59,316 nt of DNA, filler included, from Sphacelaria rigidula (GCA_964200075.2; 6 parts of 6 records of this genome joined end to end with filler, not necessarily neighbours in it), one strand, 5' to 3'; numbered from the whole stretch's first letter, positions 12,687 to 25,673 are shown. Notes: generated by a model from the letters alone, not told the origin. Program-made: numbers and translations.

Positions 12687-14571
12687 GAGTTGGCCTAATA
12701 AGCCGCCTTATAGGTAATTTCCACATGAATGACGTGGACAGGCCGTTTGAGAAATGCAAAAGTTGTGGTAGTATTAGGCCGCTTTTTTCTGTACGAGGTG
12801 TGGTGTTTGAGAAAACTATCCCCCAAAAGCCCTTTTTTTTGCTATCCAAAGCCGATTTGCGCCGGAATACGGGGCCTAGCGGATTATGCCAGCTCGGAAG
12901 GAATTGCTGTAGTCTCCGAGAAACTCCTAGTGCACTTCTCCAATTTCGATCTTTCATGCGCCCAGTTCACTTATGGTCAGACGAGAACTATTTATCTAAG
13001 GCCGGATGTTATGGCAACAGATCTTCGGCCCCGGATCTTCAAAATTCGTGTGACACCCATGTTATGGGTACAGATGTATCGAATTTTTGGGTGAAAAAAT
13101 CCGTGGCCAAGATTCGGGGCCCGAGTCCCACAGATTTTTGGGCAAACTGGCGGGGGTCAGCAAGCACAGGTTTTTACACACGGATTTTTGCGTTTCGGTC
13201 GGCAGACCGTCATAATGGGGTCACGGGGCGTTTTTGTTGGATGTGCCGGCGTGCTGGCCGCGCCTTTGTAAGTGATCCTGTCGACAACAACCAACAACAC
13301 ACGAAGCAACCACACGCCGCAGCCGATGCGTCATGGAGCCAGCTTCGCGTGTACGAGACAAAAAACGACACGCCTTGTTCGTCGGTCTCCTGGCCAAAGC
13401 AGTGCAAACACGTTAAGAGAGAATAGACATGTGATGCGGACTGTCTGGCGGGTAGCTCTGCGATCCTTCGATGAAGGATTCAACTTTAGCAGCAACGAGG
13501 GGGGCATGGTCGCTTACTCATGTGCTCGAAAGAACCGGCACTGGTGTTAGTGGGGTGATGATGACCTCTTTGCGGCAGTGACGCTACATCACTACAGCAC
13601 GCCACAACACACGAGACACCTCGGGACTGTGAGCTGTTGAAACAGGCTAAACATAAAACTCGAAACCCTGGTGGAGGTATACAAATCAGAACAGTATGGT
13701 ATGAAAATCTGTGTGCTGCCATAACATTGTTCCCGAAACCATATTGGCCGCGGATTTGTTTCACCAGAATTTAAAAATCTGTGGGCCAAAGATATGTTGC
13801 CATAACATCCGGCCTAACAAACGAGAAGTATTTCTCTAACAAACGATAAATAAATTTTACTCCTGAGATATCAGAGAAGTGCGCTTCTAATGACGAACAA
13901 AAATAAGTGAATGAATAACTGAAAATTGCCTTTTTGGACTTTCCGCGTCGTTTTACACCCCGAACAAGGGCTTGGCGGATTTTGACACCTTGGAACGCCT
14001 TGCTGTACTCGTTGAGACGGTTCCAGGACAGCTGTGCTTTTTTTCGATGGCCGCAGTTTTGTTTTTGGCCCAACTTACGTTTTTCTTGTAGACCTTTCAT
14101 TTTTCTCGGAGACCGGTCAAGCTCGGAAGAACTGCGACAGTACAGCAAAAGGCATTCCAGGGTGTCGGTGCAGCCCTTTGAGCTCCTCACCGCGAGGGTG
14201 GATCATCTAGCTCATGCATTAATTTTTCAAGTGGCATTTATCATGCCGATTCAACAGATGACATAGCTGACGGTTCAAGAGCTATCCATTGAATCGACAG
14301 GGTAGGCGAGCTGTTGGATCGGCACAATTCACCGTGGGTTTCAAGTGTCAATGATGCCGATTCTGCAGATCGCCTACCCTATCGGTCAAAGGGTTGAACC
14401 CTTTGACTACGAGCGTCGCCTCGGGACAGTTTCACAGGCTGACAGTCCAGGACATCCGGGGATTTCCTGGGGTCGTGCGTTTTGGCACGGGGGTGGGTCC
14501 CTGTTTACAAAACAGCCGTAAACCTTACAAGTGAACCACGCGTGTTTGGAAATTCCCCGGGGAAGTTTTAA

Positions 14572-15331
14572 CCCTTAAACAGCGAGCGTCGCCTCGGAAC
14601 AGTTTCACAGGCTGACAGTCCCGATACATTCGGGGGTTTCCAGTGGCCGGAGGATGTGGTTTTTGAGGGGGGAGAGGGGAGTGGGGGTCTGTCAGCAGAG
14701 GACCCGAAAAGGTCACCAAGTCAACCATGTGTGTTTTGAAGTCGCCCGCGGAAAATTATGAGCCATGCACGAGGCCCGAGAGGCGCGGGATGCCGAATCT
14801 GGCCAATCACGGTCGTCAAAATGAGCATGTTCTTCCGAATCGGGTCGACTACATTGGACTAATTCGCTGTCTACCCCCACGACTCATTTTGGTCATGGGA
14901 AATCAACCATAGATTACATGGGTACAAATAACTTGTTTTGTATTCTGCTCGTGATTTACGCCGCCTGCCTGACCCCTCATGTGCTGCCAGCATAGCGTCA
15001 CACTGTTTGCAGTGTTGTTGTTGAGCACTAGGCAGAGGCATCAGCAGCATGCAGTTAATTGTGTTCAGTGGAGAGCGATGGCACACTTATACTGTCTCTT
15101 GCGGTTATATCCAGTGAAGATATACAGCACACATATATACCGACTCTGCTCGCAATTGACTGCAGCGTCATTAATTGGTCAGGAGTCATCCGGGACTATT
15201 TTCTTTATAGATGACAAATTCTACATGTTCATGAAAAATTCGTTTTGTGTAGCAAGAGAAGGAGCAGTGCTAAACCCCAAATGTGGCATATTTCAACTCA
15301 GTCCCCCTGCGGGGGGGTCGCTGTCTAAGGG
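14572..15331. mobile_element. Non-autonomous piggyBac-like element (760 bp)
   Basis: TTAA|CCCTTAAACAGCGA ... TCGCTGTCTAAGGG|TTAA: a 14-bp TIR (1 mismatch) with TTAA on both sides. The left end is duplicated upstream at ~14399-14560. No transposase ORF is recognisable. Confidence 0.75.
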
Positions 15332-16250
15332 TTAAGCAAGGAAGGAAGCCCTAGAGTGGAGTGACCATTCTGACCCATCACTGCTATAAAAATGCGAGTA
15401 CGAGCTGGGCCAGCAGTAAACCCCGCATTCGCTTTCCACACCACAACTTCTCAAGTTCTCCAAATCAGCGCGACTTGAGCGTATTGCTGTAAAGTGCAGA
15501 CCAACCTAGTAGCACACGGCACCGCCGCTGAATGGAGAAGAAAAAATAGGGAAAATGTACTGCATAATATATATGACCCTCATGACAGACGAGAAAAAAA
15601 AAAGAGAATCTGTCGGGAGTGGAACTTATGACCTCCATAATTGTAGTCTACTGTATCACTTGAATTGAAGGGGCGGGGTCGTGTCACACGAAAAGTGCGA
15701 TGCCGCGCCCGTTTTGAGGTATTATTGGCCGAAACTTTACCAGATCGTCATTGACCCGAGTGCCCGCATGTGTTTGAGCGTTGTCGTTTTTATCCATTTT
15801 GAAGGAAGTTACAGCATTTTCCCTGTTTTTGCTGAAGTTTCAACTCGTTCTAACTTCCTTTTTTTTTTTTCCTTTGCACCCCCAATAGGGTTGCGCGGGT
15901 TGATGATCAAAATGTCGCGTCAAGCTTTCAGCGCCTGACTCTTCGAATTACCAAAAGCATCTCCATTTTTCGTTTAAAAATCAGTATCAGCTGGCCCAGC
16001 TCGTCGTCACTATCTTTCTCTACAGGTAGACTCCACGTAGACCACCTCGCAGCGTAGCCCCATTTGACTCTTGTGGTCACGGCCACTCAACCATGGAAAT
16101 CATACACAGAGGGAGTGCTTTAAACACTGCTGGTGGTACTTTTCCGTCCGACTGACCCTGCCTGTGTTGTAAGCATAGTAGTGCTTTATACTGTCGGTAG
16201 CGCTGTTGTGGAACATTGAGCAGAGACATGAACAACGTGCAGGAGACTGT

Positions 16251-16390
16251 TGGTTGATTGATTGTCGCACTCTAACTGGCCCCCAAGGATCCAGCCGTGG
16301 TCACATGGTATACGTACCCAAGACAACAACACTGAAACACTCGCTGCAGGAAAAAATAAATTAAAATAGAACAGAACAACACAGTAGACT
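16251..16390 (-). repeat. 3' end of a non-LTR retroposon/SINE with a short (AATC)n tail
   Basis: Reverse complement of the unit seen at 25551-25706 and 19340-19490 (..GGATCCTTGGGGGCCAGTTAGAGTGCGACAATCAATCAACC). Confidence 0.65.
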
Positions 16391-16949
16391 AACACGTGAA
16401 AAAAACACCGAGTACACTGGAAAGCGATGACAGGCTGAGAGTTCACCTAGTTCGGCCGTGTGTCGCAGAAAAAAAAAAAAATGTATATATATATATATAT
16501 ACTCTCAACATACGACATCGCCATCGACCGCACCACAAACAAACGTTTTGTAGCGAAGCTATAGCAAGCGTGTTCTTCCCCGCACCGATTTGCGCATGAG
16601 TTGAAATAACTGTCAAGACCTGCGGTAAGCCTGAAGAACAGTTTGGATTTTTTTTCGTCAAAACTGATGGTGGAAACTAGTTTCGGGGCGAGTATCACCA
16701 ACATGTTACACTTCGCCGCCGTTAGATGAAGTACATTGCGATGACTCTCACAATCGGCCATACTCGTTGAGTGATGTTTGTAGTCTGCAGTCTGCTCAGA
16801 GAAAACAGCGGTCAAGGGTGCTGGAAAACCTGCGATATTCTTCATTCACGATAATATGCAGATGATAAGAAGTGTATAAAGAAGAGAGAAGAATGGCCGC
16901 TGCAACATTGTACCAAATTGTTTCTCGGCAGGCGGGGGGACCTCGGCCC

Positions 16950-17030
16950 CTCCTCCGTCTCGAGAGGGATGCGTGCTCAATGATCAAACGACTAGGGCAG
17001 GCCACAAATGAGTACGCCCCCCCTCTCCCT
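16950..17030 (-). repeat. Subterminal fragment of the GAGTCATC family
   Basis: CGTCTCGAGAGGGATGCGTGCTCAATGATCAAACGACTAGGGCAGGCCACAAATGAGTACGCCCCCC matches 29465-29532 and is the reverse complement of 21421-21500 and 9736-9770. Confidence 0.7.
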
Positions 17031-19339
17031 CTTCTATGAGGTTGGCGTCGGTTGGCAATGACGCTGTAAAACACGCCACTCACTGCGTGAGCTAGGCAAC
17101 CGGGCTACCGTTCTTGCTTGCGCGCTTGTTTAATTTTTTGCCGTAACCATGATGGTGCTCAAGCTAGATCATGTTGTTCGGGGTGGGAGAACCTCAATTC
17201 CTTGCAAAGGGGATGATCATACTGTGCTGTGTTGATATGGTGAGACACCCATAAGAGAATGTGTAAGCCGGGGCTTTCTCAAAGTGGCGACACCAGAGAA
17301 TTCACCCTTTAGGGACAGGGCCTCCGGAACGACCAATTAGGCTGGTTAGGAATGTCGTGTCCTGCATATGCATGAAACAGTGGATTAATTTTCCCAAAAA
17401 TCCACGTCTGTATGTAACCGCAGGGTCAGAGAGCAAGACCGAAAGTTTCATCCAATCTATTTTCAGGTGCAGGTACGAACCAATTCCTGTACTATAATTC
17501 GGGTGTTGTGCCCATCAGGTGGTGTACAGATGTATCAAGCAGTATGAGTCGCCGTGGAGAGCTTTCAACAGGATGTGGCATCCGCCGCCCGCCACTTGTG
17601 GCCTTAGATATCGTCTCCATCACCTTGCCACACAGCTCTTTGTGGTCGCGGTGGACCGCGATTTACCCCTGTTGCAAGCGGCAAATTCTCTTCGAACGGC
17701 ATGGGCGTTGCGCCGCAGATACAGTACAGCACGCCTCTTCGAATGCAGCATCGCAGCAGCTGCCGCTGCATACTCCCTCACATGTTCTCGGCAGTTCTTC
17801 ACGACGGAGATCAGCTGCCTGTACACAGCTTGTTCGTTCCCGTCCATTACATGGAACCTCACCGCCGCTTGTACCGCTTCGACAGAGGGATGCGCAGAAC
17901 TCATGCTTCTAGCTCCGTCTCTCGTCCCACAGCGTTGCTAGATTGAGTCGCCTTGTAAACATGACCGCATATATAGTAGAGTACATTTATTCCCGAATTT
18001 CCCCCGAGCACGACGTGTTAGGGTTATTAACTAGGTTTCACTACAGGATGGTGACCCAACAAAAAATCGGGGGAGTGGAGATCGAACCTATATGAAATGC
18101 AAGTAAATGATGAAAAAATAATGGGAAACCGACCCCCGACCACTTGGGCTTTCTTTTGCGTCGAAGTCTTCTTTGTGGGCCAGGGACGGGGCAAACACAC
18201 CAATTTGGCAGTGACATCACTCCCGGCGACAGCCCCCCCACTGGTCGCTCGGATGTGGTCGATAAATTTCGTCTCGCCGTGATTGGGCACGTCGCTCCCA
18301 GACTTGTTCTTTATTGTGTTACTAATACACGGTGAACCCCTTGTTACTGAGCTGCAGTCCTAAAAGGGTTAAGCGACTCATTGGAGGCTGTCATCCACAT
18401 GCAAGGTAATCAGTACGCTTCGGGCCGAACAATATGAGCAGTGTGCAGCTCACTCTTCGTGCGACTCGCCGAACACATCATGGCGCTTCGCACTTGATGA
18501 TTAATTGCGAGCCTGGTCGGGCAAAAACCTGCTCCGCCCCGGCTTTGTAGGGATGCGAGTTCAGTGGCCATATTACTACGGCATGCAAGATCATGAGTAC
18601 ACCCCTCCTCTTCTGCCAGTCCCCTACATACGCTAGGCCAGGAGGACCTGTCACGTGCCTACTCACGACACGCGTGATACGTCCCGTGGCACCCCACTGA
18701 ATAAGAAGCTATCGCTCTAAACACCCACATTCCCAGATAGAAATAGGACGTACCCGCTGTCCGTGGGTCCCTCGAACGAATCTGTACATGAAGGGTTATG
18801 TTCTGAAGGCGTGCGGTATCGGTCAGTGTCGCGTTTCACATCACCCCCTTGAAAACAAGACACAACAAAGTCTATGAAGCATCGCCATCATGATAATATC
18901 GGTACAGCACTCTACGAGAAACACCCATAGGCACCCACGTAACCACCTCCCGGAACTCGGACTTATTTTTTTCGACCCGCAACGGCTTACAAACGTTCAG
19001 TGTTGTTGTCCTTCGTCATGAATTTTTAACCCTCACGGCTCCCAGTTTTGTGGTAGTGGCCTTTTGGTGGCCTACAAGCTATCCTGGGATATTCAGAATA
19101 GTAACAGAGTCTTGGCCCGCCGGGCCGTTTCCACCCACATGAACTTCTGTAGGGTTCATGAAAGAAAGGTTCATACCCAAACTGGTGAGGTGGTGGTGGA
19201 TGACTCGTAATTTGTCCCCACGATTTTTGTTTTCTACGACTGGGTATGAGTGATTTCTGCGCGAGACCTCTTCCACCGAAGCCATGTTGGTTGAGGCCAG
19301 CCTTTCATAGTTTTTTTTTCTTGTCTTTTCTTATATTTG

Positions 19340-19490
19340 CTTAGTTTGCTCTGTTTTACCTTTTTTTCTGTCTTTCTTCACTTTTCTTCAGCGAGTGCCT
19401 CAGTTTTGTTTTGTCTCGGGTACATCTATCGTGTGGGTAATGACTTCTTGGGGGATCATTTGAAGTGCGGCAAGCAATCAATCAATCAAT
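19340..19490 (+). repeat. 3' end of a non-LTR retroposon/SINE with an (AATC)n tail
   Basis: CGAGTGCCTCAGTTTTGTTTTGTCTCGGGTAC...TGGGGGATCA...CAATCAATCAATCAAT, homologous to 25551-25706. Confidence 0.65.
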
Positions 19491-19555
19491 ACATGCTATA
19501 TACCCGTTTCGCAGCGAGTATACTGTGCACATAGTACAGTACAGTACTATGCCGC

Positions 19556-19637
19556 CGCGTCCCGGTGGTGTAATGGTCCGAATTTCGCCATTAGGGTGGA
19601 GAGAATGGGGTTCGATTCTCGATGCGTCTGGTTTTTT
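19556..19637 (+). repeat. tRNA-derived SINE head or tRNA pseudogene
   Basis: Pol III A box TGGTGTAATGG and B box GGTTCGATTCTC at tRNA-like spacing, followed by a T6 run. The acceptor and D stems do not pair, so this is not a functional tRNA. Confidence 0.55.
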
Positions 19638-19641
19638 CTTC

Positions 19642-19706
19642 GAGTCATCCTACGATAGCGGGGGGGGTATTTTGGGCCATTTGTTGCTCGAAATTTCGAG
19701 TCAGAT
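19642..19706 (+). repeat. GAGTCATCCTACGATAG(G)n element end at a contig break
   Basis: GAGTCATCCTACGATAGCGGGGGGGGTATTTTGGGCC matches the left end of the element at 58411. Confidence 0.8.
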
Positions 19707-19806
19707 NNNNNNNNNNNNNNNNNNNNNNNNNNNNNNNNNNNNNNNNNNNNTTAATTAATTAANNNNNNNNNNNNNNNNNNNNNNNNNNNNNNNNNNNNNN
19801 NNNNNN
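19707..19806. other. Artificial contig linker
   Basis: 44N-TTAATTAATTAA-44N. Confidence 0.99.
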
Positions 19807-19832
19807 AAAAAAAAAAAGGGGGGGGGGGGGGG

Positions 19833-20210
19833 GGTCTTTGCATGTACGTCTTGTACATCATGTCGATATTTCATCAAAAACGACTCAAAATTGAGCTCAA
19901 GACTCGCGTCATTCTGTCGTGAATTACAAGTTGTTTTCGACGAAACTTTGACACTATATACAGGACGCATGTGAAAAGGCCCCTTTTTATTCCTCCCCCC
20001 CCCGCCCCCGTATGTTTTCTTCCTTCTTCGTGAGTTATTGGCAATTTTGTTCCTAAAAACTGTTCTGAAATGTTTCGTCGCCAATAACGCACGAAGAAAA
20101 AAACTACACGGGAGGAACGAAGAGGTGTTTGCACATACGTCCTGTACATCATGTCAAAATTTCATCAAAAATGGCAAAAAATTGAGCTTGGGAATTACGT
20201 CATTCTATCG
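19833..20210. repeat. Direct and inverted repeat cluster (foldback/satellite-like unit)
   Basis: TTTGCATGTACGTCTTGTACATCATGTCGATATTTCATCAAAAA (19837) recurs directly at ~20128 and inverted at ~19935-19980. Confidence 0.7.
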
Positions 20211-21420
20211 AAATCCAGTTCCTATGTGGAGATGGAACCTCAGCCGGAAGTTCGTCTTTGACTTGCCTTCTTTTACTTTCGGCTCGGAGGTCTTCACAAA
20301 CTGCTCGTTGGTTGGCACACTACTACCAGACGCCTTGGCGCGCTGGGGGCCTCGTCTGCGTGCCATTTTGGATACTGCGCGCCTAGTGCGACATGTGTTG
20401 TTGTACGATCGCAGCTTGTGCGGAACCACGCGGCACAACCCACTGTAACCGAAAATCCAATCAGCCGTTTTCTTCAAGCTATTTTCGCCGCACATGGCAC
20501 CCTCAACTCTCTACACTTTCGCACTTGACTACAGTTTGGTATCTCGTTTGATGAGACCTTATCGGATCGCACTGCTACATGGATTTCAAGACGCGCGCAG
20601 ATTTGCAGATTACCACGACGTGTCATGGTAGGCACAACTCGCGATACATGGTTGGTTTGAACGGACTGAAGGAAAGTGAGCTTTTTAGGCGGCCCGGCCT
20701 GTAGAGACAGTCGGTCGGCAGAAAACTGAGTGCTGCTGAAAGAGGAGTATGCGTGCTCGACAGAACTTTTCGAGCCCAAGCCTCTGTTTTGCCAGCGGTG
20801 GGGAGCTCCAACATGAAATTGGAGAAGGTTGTAAGTACATAGGGGTTGTGCATCAGTGCCGAACGTGTCGATGTATTACTTCTTATCGTATCGCACCGTA
20901 TCTATTATGAGCATCGATATCGCCACCCTGCCATCATCGGCTTCCAAGCAACGACATGAATTCATTCTCGGATAGTTACTCAAGTACGATGAGCCTGGCG
21001 TTCTCGCCCGGTGCCTGAAGTCGCAACCAAAGCACGTCAGCTTGACCAATATATAGCAATGCTATCATCAGATCCTTACAGACGATGGCACTATATATAA
21101 TCGAGCCTCACCGATACTGTACACAATCCTAAGCAATATGAAATGTATGCTCCGAGATGAACAGATGGTCGAATCCTCGGTGACTTCCAGTAATAAATTC
21201 CAGTCACTGTAGCGACATAAGAGACGTCTCAAACACGATAGTCAAACCGGTACACCAACCACCAGCTTCGGCGGACGTCGGATATCATCATCGTTTCATA
21301 AACCCTCTATTCGTCATTGAAGTCGGAGGGCGTAAGTAAGCAAATAGTTGAAGCCTGTGAAAGTCTACCGGGTGCCGGAGTGCCGATTGCTACAGGAAGG
21401 TACGGCCCTGCACTGATGAG

Positions 21421-21500
21421 CAGGGGGAGCGGGCGTACTCATATGTTGTTCGCCCTAGTCATTCGACCATCGACTACGCATCTCTTTTGAGACGGAGCAC
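21421..21500 (+). repeat. Subterminal fragment of the GAGTCATC family
   Basis: GGGCGTACTCATATGTTGTTCGCCCTAGTC...GAGACGGAGC, homologous to 9740-9770. Confidence 0.65.
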
Positions 21501-23062
21501 CGTTGTAATAGAGACACCTCCGACATCTGGGCGCTCATGACGTGTCTTCCGTACATTACATCAAAAGCTTTCACGTAGCTTGTCCCCTTCCTGTTCCGCC
21601 GTCTGTAGCCACCATTTATTTCCTAGAATAGCGATCGTTTCCTAGCTACTATCTAAAATGTGCCAAAGGATTCCATGTCACATTCGTTTGGTTCTCACAT
21701 TTCCCCCTGTAACACGTACCCTTCCTCCTTGTATAGGTCACATTCTGCCGCTATCTGAGTTCTACTCTGCTGGTTTCCCACAAGGGAAATTCTGTGATCT
21801 ACTTCCCCTACGCGACAACTATTAGTACGAGCTCTTGCAGGTTCAGATCCCCACCTGGTTCGCAGTTTCAGCTTTCTTGCGTATTTCATGGGCCATACAG
21901 ATGTGTCGTCATCCCTACTCGTTCTCTCAGCCCCCCGTATATCTTCAGGTGCTCTTTCTTGTCCACTTTCGGTCTTAGCGCTTGTTCATCTCTTACTCCC
22001 AGTATTTCGTTATGTTTGTCTTGTACTCCCCACATCCATCTATTGTATGGACATTATCTCTTTTTCGCTTTCGTCGTAAGGAGAGGTCCGTTCAGAACAG
22101 TTCCTTCATCCTGTGACACAGCACATAAGTACACTTTTTCTCGGGGTGGAGATCATTGTTTCGAAATTCAACATCACCGCTAAGGGCCCCGTCTTCGGGC
22201 GGAGACATCTCTGTAGAGTATTTTCAAGTGTTATTTTTTTGCGTCTTTTCATGTACAAAAGTCTGAAAATCTTGTTCGATGTTTCCTGGGGGGCATGTAT
22301 TTTTGCAGATGAATATAATTCTGACATCGGATTTGGACAGCTTATAGAATTTTTCCGAGGCTTTCTCTTCATATTTTTGAAAAAGTTAAGAATTGACGGA
22401 GATATTGGAGAAAGGGCGGATCCATGAGGTCATTCTGTTCACAACTAGCCTAATGATTTCAAAATAGAGGGCGACAAACGCTTCACGCCCCCGACAGGCA
22501 TTTTATATTTTTCTGGGAAAACGAAACTTCACGGGATTTTCTACAGTTTTTTTTTTCCGCTGCCTGGGAGCAAGGAAGCATCATGGTACGGTTACGGTGT
22601 GCATATTGTTTTGGCGTTGATCTGATCGTATGATGAATATATCATAATACCATGGCATGGGAACAACGATATTTTTAATAGGTGGGGGGGGGGAGGCCCA
22701 ACGATTCCGTAATGACGTGTAGGAACCACAAGAATTTCTCGAACAACGCATACAGAACTGCCACTTTATAAATCAGTGTGTTGACTTGGTTTCCACTGCT
22801 CTCGCTACACACCACGACACTCAATAAATCCCGTCACTCGAGACACTGATTTCGACCCCGGTTCGTTCCCCTGCTCCCTTAGCTAGATCTACATTCCTAT
22901 CCTGTTCAGGGGGTTGAGAAAAAAGGAAGAAAAAACTTTTGACGAAAAACTGAGACAGGCTATTTGTAGGAGAAAGGTTGAAAAAAAAACTGCATCGTAA
23001 TACTGCATCCTCACTGTGCCTCCCCCAGAAAAAAATCCATCGCGCTGGAGAAGGGTACTTAC

Positions 23063-23159
23063 GTGTGTGAGCGCTGCTCCCGACATGAGCCCGAACATAA
23101 CAACCGAAGACATCACCCTGTACGGCGTATAAAGCAAAATCGCGCACAGCACCTCCGTA
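23063..23159 (-). CDS. Internal exon of a TMEM35/NACHO/DoxX-like membrane protein
   Basis: cacag|T ACG GAG...ACA CAC|gtaagt. Encodes TEVLCAILLYTPYRVMSSVVMFGLMSGAALTH, which fits the DoxX-type G..E.....LL....M.GA..TH pattern. The family was assigned from memory of the motif, not from a search. Confidence 0.72.
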
Positions 23160-23595
23160 CTGTGCAAAGTGTCGAGGTTTCGCGTTTCGGGCACAGAAAG
23201 AAATCGAGTGGGCCAGTGCGAACAGGAGGACGGGGATAGAGAGGAAGTCGCAGTTTGACAACGCGTAAGGTTAGAGGGTGGGAAGGGAGAGCAGAGTAAA
23301 TGGGGCAATTGCTGCAATCGTCGAGACTGGAAAAATCCTACTTAGCTGAGCACAGTCGCGCAAATTTACCATGTCGACGCCGAGGAACGAATCGACGTAG
23401 ATGTAAATATACTGCATCGTCGATTCACAAAAACAGGGATGGCCGGTGTGGCAAAACGACGAAGAAAAAAGGTCGCCGTACCTGCTTCATGTGCGCTGGA
23501 TAAGACCCAACTGCGGCTTCTCTGCATGGTGCCGTGCCGGGGATAAATGACGAGCAACACGATACACGGGGTGATGCGACGCTGCCTAGAAACCT

Positions 23596-23645
23596 TTCAT
23601 TTCCTTTATTTTCCTTTCCTTTCCTTTCCTTTCCTTTCCTTTCGT
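23596..23645. repeat. (TTTCC)n microsatellite in an intron
   Basis: TTTCC pentamer array. Confidence 0.9.
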
Positions 23646-23812
23646 TCCGTTTCGTCCACCAAGTGCTGTACTACACAGCAATACCATGAAGAGGCTACGC
23701 GCTGTACGGTTTGATGCTACGCTGTACCAATAAAGGGTAGTGCAGTACAGGAGCAATGCATTGACTTGGTTTCCACTGCTCTCGCGACACACCACGCCAA
23801 AACTCCCATTAC

Positions 23813-23943
23813 CTTCCGAACATAAACTTGGAGACCGACGCTTCGACTTCGAGGCCTAAGGGACCGAATAAGGTCTCCTGCCAGAAGGGGTTTAGTCGCT
23901 CCCGAAATGCGACGTCCATACTCTCGTACACATCCTCACCCCA
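23813..23943 (-). CDS. Internal exon of a TMEM35/NACHO/DoxX-like membrane protein
   Basis: cag|TGG...GGA AG|gtaatg. The 131-nt exon encodes WGEDVYESMDVAFRERLNPFWQETLFGPLGLEVEASVSKFMFG(S), and its phase-2 end joins exon 23063-23159 in frame. Confidence 0.7.
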
Positions 23944-25550
23944 CTGTATCGCCGACCCTCGTCGGCAGATGTGCCATTTCGGGGGGAACAAGTAACAAGC
24001 GGATGAAAAAAAACAGCAATCGTGAAAAAAACACGGTTAGCTCATTTGTCAAGGGTTAGTTGAGACATGTACTGTACAGCGGTCGTCCATCCCTTTCCCA
24101 GCCGCAGATTGATTGGACCACTATTTTCATAGTTATGCCAGTCGTTGATCGAGAATGGAAAATGAGGCCCTGCTATTGAGACACAGATGATTCGTTTGGT
24201 CCAGACTAAAACTGTGAGAGAGGTGCACGATGACGCCGAAGGGTGTGGCTGGTACCGCTAGGATTGCACCTGCTCGATGGTGTACGCCCTATGTTTCAAG
24301 ACCAAGTGATGCGCTGATGACAACAGATATTTGAAAAACACCACCTAGGAGGTGGCCCATCGTTGCTCACCTCCACCCGGCATGTTTCTTGGCATTATAC
24401 AAATATTTTGAACATCGGCCAAAAACGCCGTAGAAAGCAGTAAGAAGGTCTCTGCGAGTAGCTGCATCGGCTGCAGAAGTAACCCAACGCACATGACTAA
24501 ATCTTCAGGACAGCTAATCTCCTTCCACACCCTTTCCAAGGGGTGTGGGATTGTCCCCTGGCAACTCCAAGTTTCTGCCGCCTCCCTGATTTTCATGTGA
24601 CACCTCAACCGTCGAGCAGATGGATTACCACCGTCACTGCTCAAACAAACCAACAATCCACTGTCCCATCCGTTCTCCTGATCAAGCATAGCGTGTGCTG
24701 TCTCTCTTGTGCTGTGCACCGCTGTTGCACTTGACATGTGTGACTAATTATCTGCTCAGCCGGTGGGTACGGAGATGTACAACTAACTCTTTACACTAGC
24801 TGCAGCGTGCTTGGTCAGAGGCGTCAATTATCAACCCTGCTCCCGACTAACCAAAGTGAATGACACCTTGATACCGTATCATATCACACCCCCTTGCGGC
24901 TAGGGTTGATATCTCCGTAAACGGCCTACTCCTCTCGACAAGATGAGCAAATATAGCGCTTGTTTATTACAAACTCCTGATGTGGAGGAACTTTCCATCC
25001 CGAACAGGGCATGTGAAAATGATATGGTTTCAGATAAAAGAAGACACTGGAACAAAGCCCCGGACTATTTCCAGGCTGAAGCCTTCCACAGAACGAACAG
25101 CGCGGTTTCCAGTGTTCAGTATATATTTCCCCTGAAAAACTCACTCACGAAGCATTATTATTTTCATTATTATTATTTCCGCGCATTAGTCCGATCTCGC
25201 GAACCCGTGATCACAGACGTAGGCTCGCCTTTCCAATACCGTCCTTGCTATTCCTTACCACACACATTACCAAAATAAAGAAAAAAACGATACATTCATA
25301 TCGTTGACCTCCAGGGTGGGTCAACTGGGTCTTGCGACCATTCTTCAAGTCAAAACCGTGCTGTAACACTCCCAGTACGCAGGAGCATGGCTGACAGAGT
25401 GTCCGTTGAGCTCACGCCTAGTACAGAGCCACCGATAATCAGAACCATGCCGTCGGGAAGCGATCGTGTCCGATCGGATGATAGTCCATCGTCGCGGTAG
25501 ACAACAGGCATGTAAATCATGCATGCGCACCTGATCTACTGTAGTCTACT

Positions 25551-25673
25551 CTGTTGTTCTGTTCTACCTTTTCTGCTTCTTCATTTTTCTCAACGAGTGT
25601 TCCAGTTTTGTCGTGTCTCGGGTGCGTCTATCATGTGGCCACGACTGGATCCCTGGGGGGTCAGTTAGAATGC

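Noticed and set aside
15595-15675. Minus-strand tRNA gene
   Set aside because: Only vestigial A/B boxes and a T run remain and no cloverleaf forms, so it is at most a decayed SINE.
24391-24586. Upstream exon of the DoxX-like gene
   Set aside because: The frame needed to join exon 23813-23943 contains a stop codon.
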